Below are positions 21,637 through 30,982 of a DNA stretch of 64,000 nucleotides, one piece after another. Both the position numbers and the translations under genes were made by a program. Each line of letters opens with the position of its first letter. Within the stretch, counting starts at the first letter, position 1. The DNA is taken from contig OZ242311.1 in NCBI GenBank assembly GCA_965207885.1, forward strand, positions 5,184,001 to 5,248,000, read 5' to 3'. Source of the DNA: Candidatus Latescibacterota bacterium (lineage in GTDB: Bacteria > Latescibacterota > UBA2968). The notes under the pieces are model-generated. The model searched no databases and was not told the DNA's origin. It was given only the letters and a program-made list of their open reading frames with translations.

Positions 21637-21800
21637 TTGACGTACTCCCAAATCTAAAGCATTGGGAGTATAGAATCTTGTTGCTTCAGCAGGGATTGTG
21701 GGATCAACAGTAGATGCTTGCTTCCCCGAAGTTCGGCAAGTCTTACGCTACCTCCGCCAGAGGTGGACGCCCCCACCTGTGAATGTTTATCGCCGCGTTG
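21637..21800 (-). ncRNA. Predicted TnpB omegaRNA/reRNA scaffold (5' boundary approximate)
   Basis: Overlaps tnpB 3' end and runs to RE TCAA; 9-bp stem 21643-21651/21662-21670; position typical of TnpB reRNAs. Confidence 0.6.
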
Positions 21801-22849
21801 AGGTCTCTATCCATCTCAAGGCCACATGCGCAACAATGGAATGTTCTTTCTCGCAATTCGAGATTCTCTTTCACTGTATCACAAGCCGAGCATGTCTTTG
21901 ACGACGGCAGCCATTGGTCAATTTGTTTGACAACTTTGCCAGTCTTTTTTGCCAGATACTTGAGAATGTTCAAAAAGTCTGAGAAGCCCAAATCGCTAAT
22001 CTTTCTGCCCCACAACGCTTTCATGGCGTCAATGTTCAAAGTCTCAAAGAACATAACGTCATAGTCTTTACACAGTTGATGGGCAAGTCGCCAATGATAG
22101 TCTCTACGCTGATTAGCAATGCGCCTATGCACTCTGGCATGATTTACTCTTGCCCTGTGACGATTGTTGCTCCCTTTCTTCTTGCGAGAAAGATTGCGAT
22201 TAGCCTTTTTGACTTTTCTCGAATTACGATTGAAGAACAATGGCGATTGTGTCCTTGTGCTGTCTGAGGCTGTTAGATATGTTTGCAAGCCAAAGTCAAA
22301 ACCTGCGGTTTTACCGTTCTTGATAATGAATGACTTGATACCCTCAGCCTTTGCAACAACACATAGCCACAAATCGCCTACGCGGTCACGTTTGATTGTG
22401 ACCATCTTGATACGCTCTACATCGAACTTTCTGCTCTTATGGTATCTGAATATACGCTTGCCAATACGCACTTTGTTACGCTCAAGGAATTTGTATCCTG
22501 CTTGCTTCAGCGTATAGGACTGATACCGAAAGCGAGACCTGAATGTGGGCGGACGCTTATTATCTCTGGCAAAGAATTTCTGATAGCCAAAGTCTATGCG
22601 CTCAACCACATTTTGCAATGCCTGTGACGGCAACAAACGCCAATGTGCAAAGCGTGTTGTTCTTTTTAGCTTTGCCAAATGGTTAATCATTGTGAACTTA
22701 CTCGGATATTTGCCAAAACGCCGATAGTATCGCTTGTGCAAGGCAATGAAATGATTATACACCTCAGCAAAAGAATCTATATCCCTATGGATATACATAT
22801 TGCGATCACAGCGACTATACATTTTGTATTTGTATGTTAAGTATTCCAT
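21743..22849 (-). CDS. tnpB: RNA-guided endonuclease TnpB
   Basis: RuvC D-E-D: AGFDFGL, FFETLNI, DRDLNAAINI; zinc ribbon CSAC...CCAC; SQALQ helix. Confidence 0.93.
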   Translation of the reverse strand: MEYLTYKYKMYSRCDRNMYIHRDIDSFAEVYNHFIALHKRYYRRFGKYPSKFTMINHLAKLKRTTRFAHWRLLPSQALQNVVERIDFGYQKFFARDNKRPPTFRSRFRYQSYTLKQAGYKFLERNKVRIGKRIFRYHKSRKFDVERIKMVTIKRDRVGDLWLCVVAKAEGIKSFIIKNGKTAGFDFGLQTYLTASDSTRTQSPLFFNRNSRKVKKANRNLSRKKKGSNNRHRARVNHARVHRRIANQRRDYHWRLAHQLCKDYDVMFFETLNIDAMKALWGRKISDLGFSDFLNILKYLAKKTGKVVKQIDQWLPSSKTCSACDTVKENLELRERTFHCCACGLEMDRDLNAAINIHRWGRPPLAEVA

Positions 22850-23171
22850 AATGTAAATATACACAAAAACAGTAATTTATGCAAATTTTATGTAGTCAGT
22901 GAACGGATGATTTTGGTCGATGAAGTGCTGGCGCACTTGTACACCGCTCCACCGTCCACATTGCCTTGAGCAATGTGCCACCATACTAAGCATGTTCCGT
23001 GATGATTTTACACGGAAGCACCGCACCATAAGCATGTCCCTGCGAAAGCAGGGATTCGGAAGCCCTTGCAAAACAACGCTCGCTAACTCGCGTCTGCTTC
23101 CCAACGCTAAAGCTCTCTGCGAGTGGGTCTTACGGGCTGTAAGATAAACGCCTCTAACACGAACACATATC

Positions 23172-24419
23172 ATGACCGCGAAGCAACTGACACTATCGAT
23201 AGAATCCCCTGCATCTGACCAGCTCAGAAGGGAACTGGCGGACTTCAACGCATTTGGCAAAAATACAATTGTGACCTCTACGGAAACAGAGCCGATTCGC
23301 CTTGAAACTTACGTAAACGAATTTTGGACCGCCAAACAAAGAGCAGCCAATGCACTCCACGAAATATCATATCGAGCGTGCTTCAAACCCCAACTTCCCA
23401 GATTCTTTATCGAACGACTAACCACACCGGGCGACGTGGTTTATGACCCTTTTGCCGGGCGAGGTACAACACTCATCGAATCTGCTCTTTTGGGACGCGT
23501 TCCCATAGGATGCGATATTAATCCGTTGAGTTCCATTATGACGCTCCCCCGCCTGAATCCACCTACAACCGAACAAGTCGCCGACAGGCTATCGCGTATA
23601 GAACTCAAAGATGTCGATGAATATCCGGAAGAATTACTGGTCTTTTATCACCCGGAAACATTGAAGCAGATTTGCGCTTTAAAAAAATATCTAAACGAAA
23701 AAACCGACAACCTTGATCAAGTCGATCAATGGATTTGCCTGGTCGCACTGAGTAGATTGACGGGACACTCATCCGGCTTTTTCTCTGTTTATACCCTGCC
23801 ACCCAATCAGGCTGTCTCTGTTGATTCACAAAAAAAAATCAATGAAAAAAGAAATCAAGAACCACCATTAAGAGATGTCAAAAACCTCATTTTAAAAAAA
23901 ACGCATGCCCTTTTGAAACACTGTGACAATCAAACTCGGCATACCCTGACAGGCGTCTTTTCCCAGGCAAAGTTTCTCACACAACCCTCAGATAGCATTC
24001 CCGAAATCGCGTCCAACTCCGTCTCCCTTGTCGTAACCTCCCCACCATTTCTCGATGTTGTCAACTACGCGCAGGACAACTGGTTGCGATGCTGGTTTTG
24101 CGGGATAAACCCTGCAACTGTCCCCATCACCATAGCGAGAAAAGTCAAACAGTGGCAACGCGAAATGACAAAAATTTTTCACGAATTAGCGCGCGTCTTG
24201 AAACCTGGCGGACATATCGCCTTTGAAGTCGGCGAAGTCAGACACGGCAAAGTAAAACTCGAAGAAGCGGTTATCCCGTGCGGCATCGAAGCGGGACTCA
24301 CGCCATTGCTCGTCTTAATCAACGACCAGGAATTCACCAAAACCGCTAATGTTTGGGGCGTTGATAACAGAAAAAAAGGTACAAACACCAACCGAGTCGT
24401 CGTGTTTAAAAAAGAATAA
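23172..24419 (+). CDS. Orphan amino-DNA methyltransferase (probably m4C)
   Basis: YRACFKPQLP, YDPFAGRGTT (motif I) preceding VVTSPPF (motif IV), RVLKPGG. Confidence 0.88.
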   Translation: MTAKQLTLSIESPASDQLRRELADFNAFGKNTIVTSTETEPIRLETYVNEFWTAKQRAANALHEISYRACFKPQLPRFFIERLTTPGDVVYDPFAGRGTTLIESALLGRVPIGCDINPLSSIMTLPRLNPPTTEQVADRLSRIELKDVDEYPEELLVFYHPETLKQICALKKYLNEKTDNLDQVDQWICLVALSRLTGHSSGFFSVYTLPPNQAVSVDSQKKINEKRNQEPPLRDVKNLILKKTHALLKHCDNQTRHTLTGVFSQAKFLTQPSDSIPEIASNSVSLVVTSPPFLDVVNYAQDNWLRCWFCGINPATVPITIARKVKQWQREMTKIFHELARVLKPGGHIAFEVGEVRHGKVKLEEAVIPCGIEAGLTPLLVLINDQEFTKTANVWGVDNRKKGTNTNRVVVFKKE

Positions 24420-24482
24420 TTGAACGATCTATAACCAACTCATTGGTCTGTCAAAGAAATTTGCTAATATTTTTCTGATAGA

Positions 24483-24557
24483 CTGGATTGCGGCTAACCC
24501 CCTGCCGCAATGACAACCGTCGTTCGTCACGCCTGCATGTTTTAAGCAGGCGTCCAG
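24483..24557. repeat. Inverted pair of REP-like palindromes
   Basis: CTGG-ATTGCGGC..GCCGCAAT-GAC (24483-24514) and GTC-ACGCCTGC..GCAGGCGT-CCAG (24526-24557) between convergent genes. Confidence 0.6.
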
Positions 24558-24591
24558 TGGATTCAAGTAAGAAACTTAGTTGACATACCAC

Positions 24592-25782
24592 TCATTCAAA
24601 CTGTTTTTTACTCTGATTACACGCCTTGCCCTTGCCGCGGATAATATCTGCTCGCTGCCATAGATCAACAGTGCGACTAATCGCATCGCTCTCGCCGAGA
24701 TGTTGTTGTATCTGTGTTTTAGTGAACCAGTCGCAGTGCCCATTTGCCAGCGCATCGGCGTCTATATTCTCATCCGAGAAACCATAAACGCGACAAATAC
24801 CCTCTTCCTCTTCCACATCTTCGATATAGGACATCCACGGCACCTCCAGCCCGAGTTGCGTTCTGGTAAGTTCTTGCAAAGACCCGACCCGCGCGCCGAC
24901 ATCCCAGCCCACCAACTTTTCCTCTTCCCATCCCTCGCCACCCGGCAACTCCCAACAACCCGTCTCCTCATCGCGCCGCAACAAGAACCCTGGTTCTCCG
25001 CCATTCGGACACTCGATAAGCAAACGGGTCGTCTCAATCGGCTTGTCAAAACACACGGGAATAAGCCGTTTTCCATCATCGCTCAAAGCCTCAAGAGCGG
25101 CGGGATTGTAAGGATAATATCCCGCGGCAGGAGGCGCGTTTACCGCACAATACTTATTGAAAATACCACAACGGTCTTCTGTACTCGTACCCGCAGGAGC
25201 TTCATGCCAGACATGCTCGTTGACAATCAGCAAATCCCCCGCTTTAAGTTCCGGATCGATAAAATCCGGCAATTGGCTCCTATCGGGCCGATTGACATCT
25301 AATATATGTGCCTCCTCGTCGATTACCCGCGTCAGTTTATGCGATTTAGGCGACACCAGAAAAGGACCGTACACCGGATCAAAGTCAGTCAGCGGAATAA
25401 TGGCAAACACCCAGTTCATCGACGAACCCACGGGGCGCCACCGTTTGTAATCGCAGTGAGCACCACCCCCCTTATCACCCGGCGTTCGCAAATACGCCAC
25501 AAAAGCCGTCAAATGCGCGGGTTGCCCCAGCACGGACTCTACCGCACCAATAACCGTCGGATGCTCCGAAATCGAAGTAAGTCCCGATTCTGATAGCCTA
25601 TTGCCACTAACGGTGTACTTCGCCGGCTCTGGATACGAAAGCTTTGGTGGATACGCACCGCGTTTGACCTTTTCTTGCACGGTACGACGAAGGTCATTCG
25701 CTTCATTCTTAGATAACACATTGCGAATAATCACATAACCATCCTCATGATAGCTCGAAATCTGTTGTTCACTAAGGGTCAT
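24592..25782 (-). CDS. PhyH-family dioxygenase fused to a Nudix-like C-terminal domain
   Basis: YHEDGYVII, AHCD, SPKSH, LKAGDLL, WHEA; then FLLRRDEETGCWELPGG...QELTRTQLGLEV. Confidence 0.8.
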   Translation of the reverse strand: MTLSEQQISSYHEDGYVIIRNVLSKNEANDLRRTVQEKVKRGAYPPKLSYPEPAKYTVSGNRLSESGLTSISEHPTVIGAVESVLGQPAHLTAFVAYLRTPGDKGGGAHCDYKRWRPVGSSMNWVFAIIPLTDFDPVYGPFLVSPKSHKLTRVIDEEAHILDVNRPDRSQLPDFIDPELKAGDLLIVNEHVWHEAPAGTSTEDRCGIFNKYCAVNAPPAAGYYPYNPAALEALSDDGKRLIPVCFDKPIETTRLLIECPNGGEPGFLLRRDEETGCWELPGGEGWEEEKLVGWDVGARVGSLQELTRTQLGLEVPWMSYIEDVEEEEGICRVYGFSDENIDADALANGHCDWFTKTQIQQHLGESDAISRTVDLWQRADIIRGKGKACNQSKKQFE

Positions 25783-25822
25783 AATGAGAACTCCTGTCAA
25801 CGGGTATTTCAATCATGAACAG

Positions 25823-25851
25823 CAAAGCCTCTTCCAGACGAAGAGGCTTTG
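25823..25851 (-). terminator. Probable intrinsic terminator/hairpin downstream of redoxin gene
   Basis: Perfect 12-bp stem CAAAGCCTCTTC / GAAGAGGCTTTG with 5-nt loop. Confidence 0.55.
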
Positions 25852-25873
25852 GGGCATTTTGATACAAGCAGTC

Positions 25874-26485
25874 CTACGAATCCTCGTTGAATTTGATACT
25901 ACAACCGAGGGCTTTGGTCTCAGATACTGAAATCGCTTCTCCGGCCAACAATGCATCGAGCGCGTCTTTGAGATAGGCCGCTTCCACGGCATTGGCATCC
26001 GAAGCATTATCGTCAATCGCGCCGTGATACGCCAGCTTGCCTTTGGCGTTAAAAAGAAAAGTTTCTGGCGTACGGCTGGCGCCAAATGCGCGGGCGACCT
26101 GGGATGCGGAATCAACCACATAGGGAAATTCGTAAGATAGCGCTTTGGCGCGTGTGACCATCTCATCAAAACCATCTTCTGCAGCACGCCTGGGATCATT
26201 GGGATTAATCACAATAACACCAAAACCCTTGCCGCGATACGCATTGCCAATACTGGCTACGCGGCTTTCCCATTTGACGGCCCACGGGCAGGAATTGCAC
26301 GAAAAAATTACCAGAGTGCCCTTCTCGCCCTGCACACTATCCAGAGTGTACATCTTACCATCCGTGCCCTTCATCTCCAGGTCGGTTGCCGGTGCTTCCG
26401 CGCCCAATGCGAGAGTTTCGCTTTTGCCCGCCTCGGCATTGAAACCCATCGCTGCGACAAGTGCAATCGCTAATAATTTACGCAT
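25874..26485 (-). CDS. Exported thioredoxin-fold (AhpC/TSA-like redoxin) protein
   Basis: Signal peptide, FSCNSCPW, INPND, YHGAIDD, GCSIK. Confidence 0.88.
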   Translation of the reverse strand: MRKLLAIALVAAMGFNAEAGKSETLALGAEAPATDLEMKGTDGKMYTLDSVQGEKGTLVIFSCNSCPWAVKWESRVASIGNAYRGKGFGVIVINPNDPRRAAEDGFDEMVTRAKALSYEFPYVVDSASQVARAFGASRTPETFLFNAKGKLAYHGAIDDNASDANAVEAAYLKDALDALLAGEAISVSETKALGCSIKFNEDS

Positions 26486-26558
26486 AGGATCCTCCTGTAT
26501 TTGGTGGTATGAGAGTATCTATAGTCTTAATGTCGGATAGACACGCCCCAAGTATCCC

Positions 26559-27095
26559 TTAACCGCCCTCCATCAATACATCGCGTATTTTCTTCTCAAA
26601 TTGCTCGCGCGAGGTCTTCCCGAGCCAAAAATGGCGTTTATTGCCCGCGCTGTCGTATAGCCAGGTAGCGGGTATTGCGCCCCACCAGTCGGGGTCTAAT
26701 GTATTGATAAACGCCCCATCGCTCTTCAACTTGATATAGCTTGGAAAATCAACACCATGCGCTTTCAGAAAGGCAATTGCCCCATCGGCCTGACCTTCGG
26801 AATCAGCAGAAATAAAGACGAGCTTTAACCCCTGGTCTTTGTACTGATTATAAACAGCCATCAAATCGGGAAACTCTTCAACACATGGTGGACACCACGT
26901 TGCCCAGACATTGACAAGAACGACCCTGGCATCGGCTTCTTTAACATTTTTGAGAATCTCCTCTGCCGTCGCGGGAATGAGAAACTGGTCGGTACTCGAT
27001 GCGCGATCTGTTTCGGGTGCGTCGCAACTTACAAAAATAAAAGCAATGAAAACAAATATATGACGTTCCAAAAAGACCTCCGTGTTAAAACGCAA
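26559..27095 (-). CDS. TlpA-family thiol-disulfide oxidoreductase (lipoprotein)
   Basis: NVWATWCPPC, AIPAT cis-Pro loop, lipobox FVSC. Confidence 0.88.
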   Translation of the reverse strand: MRFNTEVFLERHIFVFIAFIFVSCDAPETDRASSTDQFLIPATAEEILKNVKEADARVVLVNVWATWCPPCVEEFPDLMAVYNQYKDQGLKLVFISADSEGQADGAIAFLKAHGVDFPSYIKLKSDGAFINTLDPDWWGAIPATWLYDSAGNKRHFWLGKTSREQFEKKIRDVLMEGG

Positions 27096-27100
27096 AGGTA

Positions 27101-27556
27101 TTATCCCCCCAGAGCATCTTTATAGGCTTGCAGGCGCTCTTGTATGTCCTCGTCTGAAAGCGCGAGAATTTGCGCTGCCAGCACAGCGGCATTGCGCGCA
27201 TTGTCAATACCCACAGTCGCAACGGGAACTCCCGGCGGCATCTGGACAATAGCGTATAAAGCATCAACGCCGTTGAGCGCACCCGAAGCGCATGGAACGC
27301 CAATAACCGGCAAAGTAGTATGCGCTGCCACCACACCGGGCAGTGCTGCGGCCAAACCTGCACCTGCAATGATCACCTTCAAACCACGCGCCTTTGCCGT
27401 ACTGGCGTATTCAGCGGTACGCTCGGGGTTGCGGTGGGCGGAGCATACGATCATATCGTAGGGAATCTGGAGTTCGTCGAGAATGGCGCAGCCTTTTTCC
27501 ATCGTGGGTTCATCCGAAGAACTGCCCATAATAATGCCAACAACTGGATCTGCCAT
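27101..27556 (-). CDS. purE: N5-CAIR mutase
   Basis: IMGSSSD, SAHRNP, AGAGLAAALPG, PVIGVP, VQMPPGVPVATV. Confidence 0.97.
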   Translation of the reverse strand: MADPVVGIIMGSSSDEPTMEKGCAILDELQIPYDMIVCSAHRNPERTAEYASTAKARGLKVIIAGAGLAAALPGVVAAHTTLPVIGVPCASGALNGVDALYAIVQMPPGVPVATVGIDNARNAAVLAAQILALSDEDIQERLQAYKDALGG

Positions 27557-27584
27557 AAAAATCTCCTTTGGTATTTAGATTTTT

Positions 27585-28682
27585 CTACTGATTCAACCGG
27601 CGCACGCGCGCAGGTGTGTGGTCTGCTTGCGTCTCACTGGAAAAAATTTTGAGTGACCTGTCTTCAATGGGCAGGTCAATGCGGACGCCACCACGGCGAT
27701 GGGATTCCCGAAGAGCAATCGCAACCTCGAGAGCATCGCGACCATCGGCTCCCGAGCAACGCGGCGGTCGGTTGTTCTCCATAGCATCAATCAGATCATC
27801 CACAGTGGTAATACCCTGACCCACGGGACGCGCTGGCTGCGGGAAAGGAGACCGCGCAGGGACGCCCCGGTTCCCCAGGCCGCCTGAAACTCTTTGAAAA
27901 AACTCAAACTCAAGCGCATCCGATAAGGTGCGAACCCTGCCCTCTGTCCCAATAATATCAAATTCCCACGAAGCAACACCTGTCGATGTCCCGCGGAGAT
28001 ACGCCCGAACGCCATTGTCAAAAGCGAGATATCCATTGCCCATCAGATCGTCATCAGATGCGGTATCTTCATCCGACGCCATCTCTCCAAAAACCCATGA
28101 AACATCGCCACCTGCGAGATAGCGAATCGTATCAATCGCGTGACTGCCATTGTGCGACAAACCACACTGGGCATAAGCCGTGATCTGGAGAATATCGCCG
28201 AGCTCCCCCGCTTCGATCATGCGACGGGCTTCACTGAAATAGGGATTGTAACGGCGCGAACAATACACGGCGATGGGAACGCCATTTTCCCTACAAGCAT
28301 TGACCATAGCATCGGCTTCTTCAAGACTAAAGGCAATGGGTTTTTCCACCCACAAGGCTTTGACACCAGCATCAACAGCGTCCATTACAATTTGTGGACG
28401 ATAACGCGCCGTGGTAGTCACACTGACGATATCGGGTTTTGCATCTTCGAGCAGATCGCGATGATTGGCATACAAATGATCGCTATCAAGACCCCACCGC
28501 TCGCCAAACAGAGCACGCTGCTCATCGTGGGGATCAGCCCCCGCAATGAGATCAGTCTGCGGATGCGCGCAATAAGTGGGACCGTGACAATAGGGCAAGA
28601 AAATGGACCCACCCTGCGTGATTTCATCGTCAAATGTACTGCCCATACGCCCCAGACCAATAACCGCTGCTTTGTAAGACAT
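27585..28682 (-). CDS. Gfo/Idh/MocA family oxidoreductase
   Basis: IGLGRMG, VEKP, HNGSHAID. Confidence 0.9.
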   Translation of the reverse strand: MSYKAAVIGLGRMGSTFDDEITQGGSIFLPYCHGPTYCAHPQTDLIAGADPHDEQRALFGERWGLDSDHLYANHRDLLEDAKPDIVSVTTTARYRPQIVMDAVDAGVKALWVEKPIAFSLEEADAMVNACRENGVPIAVYCSRRYNPYFSEARRMIEAGELGDILQITAYAQCGLSHNGSHAIDTIRYLAGGDVSWVFGEMASDEDTASDDDLMGNGYLAFDNGVRAYLRGTSTGVASWEFDIIGTEGRVRTLSDALEFEFFQRVSGGLGNRGVPARSPFPQPARPVGQGITTVDDLIDAMENNRPPRCSGADGRDALEVAIALRESHRRGGVRIDLPIEDRSLKIFSSETQADHTPARVRRLNQ

Positions 28683-28771
28683 CGTATGCCTCCAGAAATA
28701 TACACGTTATAACGCTTAGTCGTCAAATTGGTTGACAAAGATCAGAAAATCAGCATCGCAAGATCGGTAGC

Positions 28772-30046
28772 TCAAACATTTGTCAAAGCGCGATGCCCAA
28801 TATCCCTTCGGAAATAGGCCTTGTCAAAATCAATTTTGCCCACGGCTTCGTAAGTGCGATCAATAGAAGACTTGATCGTATCGCCCATTGCAGTAACGCC
28901 GAGAACCCGTCCGCCATTGGTGACGAGTTGACCGTCTTCGCGTCCCGTACCAGCGTGAAACACCATCACATTGCCCGGTGCCTCGGCGAGATCAACCCCG
29001 GAAATGGGAAAGCCGGTATCATAGTGTTCGGGATAGCCCCCCGATGCCATAACCACGCAGGTCGCCGCCCGGTTGTCGAGTTCGATATCGAGATCCGCCA
29101 CCGAACCATTGCACACAGCCTCAATGATATCGACGAAATCGGTTTTGATCAACGGGAGAACCACCTGCGTTTCCGGATCGCCCATGCGGCAATTAAATTC
29201 GATCACCTTTGGACCATCAGCCGTGACAATAATACCACCGTAGAGAATGCCTTTGTACGGACGGCCTTCTTGTGCCAGAGCGTGTACCGTGCGTTTCATA
29301 ATGCGCTGAACAATATCGTCAAAAAGCTCCGGCGTAATAACCGGGGCAGGAGCATACGCACCCATACCACCCGTATTGAGCCCCACATCGCCCTCACCAA
29401 TCGTCTTATGGTCTTGCGAAGGCACAACACAAACAACATTTTCCCCGTCTGAAAATCCAAATATCGACGCCTCTTCTCCCTCGAGCAACTCCATTGCAAC
29501 CAGCTTATCACCCGAATCGCCGAAGGCGCGTTGCACCATCACCTCATCCACAGTTTTGTAGGAATCTTGCAGCGTCTCACAATAAATCGCCCCTTTGCCC
29601 GCAGCGAGACCGCTCACTTTGAGATAGAGCGGGTGTTGCCACTCCCCGAGCCGTTCTCTGGCTATTTCCGCATCCACAAAAGTTTCGTAAGCCCCGGTTG
29701 GAATATCGTATTTGTGCATAAGTTCAAGCGCAAAGTCTTTATCCGCTTCAATTTGCGCCGCTGCCTGTGTGGGGCCAAAAACAGCGAGACCCCGTTCCGC
29801 GAAAACATCGACAATACCATCAGCAAGAGGGGCTTCGGGACCAATAACCGAAATATCAATACCCTCCCGTTGTGCAAAATCTGCCAGACCATTGAGATCG
29901 CTATCCGAAATATCGACACATTCGGCATATTGCGCCATACCCGGGCTTCCGGGCGCTGCGTATAACCCCGTAATCTTATTGCTCTGGGCGAGCTTCCAGA
30001 CAAAGGCGTGTTCGCGCCCGCCTCTACCAACGACGAGGAGTTTCAT
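28772..30046 (-). CDS. purD: Phosphoribosylamine--glycine ligase
   Basis: GRGGREHA, GPEAPL, GLAAGKG, QDHK, NTGGMGAY, EFNCRMGDPETQ, GGRVL. Confidence 0.97.
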   Translation of the reverse strand: MKLLVVGRGGREHAFVWKLAQSNKITGLYAAPGSPGMAQYAECVDISDSDLNGLADFAQREGIDISVIGPEAPLADGIVDVFAERGLAVFGPTQAAAQIEADKDFALELMHKYDIPTGAYETFVDAEIARERLGEWQHPLYLKVSGLAAGKGAIYCETLQDSYKTVDEVMVQRAFGDSGDKLVAMELLEGEEASIFGFSDGENVVCVVPSQDHKTIGEGDVGLNTGGMGAYAPAPVITPELFDDIVQRIMKRTVHALAQEGRPYKGILYGGIIVTADGPKVIEFNCRMGDPETQVVLPLIKTDFVDIIEAVCNGSVADLDIELDNRAATCVVMASGGYPEHYDTGFPISGVDLAEAPGNVMVFHAGTGREDGQLVTNGGRVLGVTAMGDTIKSSIDRTYEAVGKIDFDKAYFRRDIGHRALTNV

Positions 30047-30804
30047 GTGGCGTTCTCCTGGGCGATTGTTTCTTCAAGCACATCTTCCGGTGTTTGGGTA
30101 ATCAGGGTACCGACATCCTCGCCCTCTACAATGCGGCGCATCATGCCTTTTTGTTCAAAATCGAAAACGTGAATCGGCAAATGATGGTCACGTGCGAGAA
30201 TCACTGCGGACTGATCCAGAGCACCCAGATTCTTTTGAATAATTGTATCGTGACTGATGCAGCGATAGAGTTTGGCATCGGGGTTTTTGTTCGGATCGTC
30301 TGTATAAATGCCATTGGCTTTGTGCTTGGCAAACAAAATAGCTTCTGCGCGAACCTCAAGCGCGCGCTGTACACCGGGATAGTCAGTCGTGAGAAAGGGA
30401 TTGCCAATACCACCGGCAAAAATGACAATATACCCCTTATCGAGATGCCGAGCAGCAACCAGGCGAATAAAGGGTTCTGCAACTGCGTTAATGGGAATCG
30501 CGGTCATCACGCGCACCTCGGCATCACTTTTGGCATTGAGCACACCGCGCAGCATCAGGCTGTTGATAATGGTGCCGAGCATGCCGATATTATCGGCTTC
30601 GGAGCGTTCAATGCCCCACCTCACACTCTGTTCGCCCCGAAAAATATTGCCCCCGCCAATAACAATACCGATTTCAATACCCCGGCTGTGAATATCGAGA
30701 ATTTCGTCGGCAATATGTTCGAGGGCCTCCGGGTCAAATCCCGATTCCAAAGCACCTGAAACAGCACCACCACTGAGTTTGAGAACAACGCGTTTGTACC
30801 GCAT
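30043..30804 (-). CDS. pyrH: UMP kinase (atypical paralog type)
   Basis: LKLSGG, GGGNIFRG, ADNIGMLGT, GNPFLTTD, DPNKNP. Confidence 0.9.
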   Translation of the reverse strand: MRYKRVVLKLSGGAVSGALESGFDPEALEHIADEILDIHSRGIEIGIVIGGGNIFRGEQSVRWGIERSEADNIGMLGTIINSLMLRGVLNAKSDAEVRVMTAIPINAVAEPFIRLVAARHLDKGYIVIFAGGIGNPFLTTDYPGVQRALEVRAEAILFAKHKANGIYTDDPNKNPDAKLYRCISHDTIIQKNLGALDQSAVILARDHHLPIHVFDFEQKGMMRRIVEGEDVGTLITQTPEDVLEETIAQENAT

Positions 30805-30982
30805 ACAATCTGACTCCTCTAAAAAAATAATAAATGTTGATGATAGCTTCTAAAATATATAGCGAAGCGAGATATGGCGAAAGAGGAAAGACGTTGACAT
30901 TTGAGTAATTTTGAATTTACTTCACACCACGATCCGCCAGCTTGTTGATCTGTATTTTCTGGACCCTGGATAGGACAAACTA

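Larger units (their letters stand above)
21637..23143 (-). mobile_element. Non-autonomous IS200/IS605-family element (tnpB only)
   Basis: Right end on - strand ...TACTCCCAATGCTTTAGATTTGGGAGTACGTCAA (TCAA at 21637-21640); left end TTTAT^CTTACAGCCCGTAAGACCCA...GCTTTAGCGTTGGG; tnpB inside, no intact tnpA. Confidence 0.75.

Noticed and set aside
22920-23147. 75-aa ORF at the position expected for tnpA
   Set aside because: No HUH or catalytic Tyr motif; at most a decayed remnant (HLYTAPPS in another frame, interrupted by stops)
30894-30922. Sigma70 promoter upstream of the ABC operon
   Set aside because: Perfect TTGACA at 30894 but only a weak -10 at 17-18 nt spacing; not supportable without TSS data
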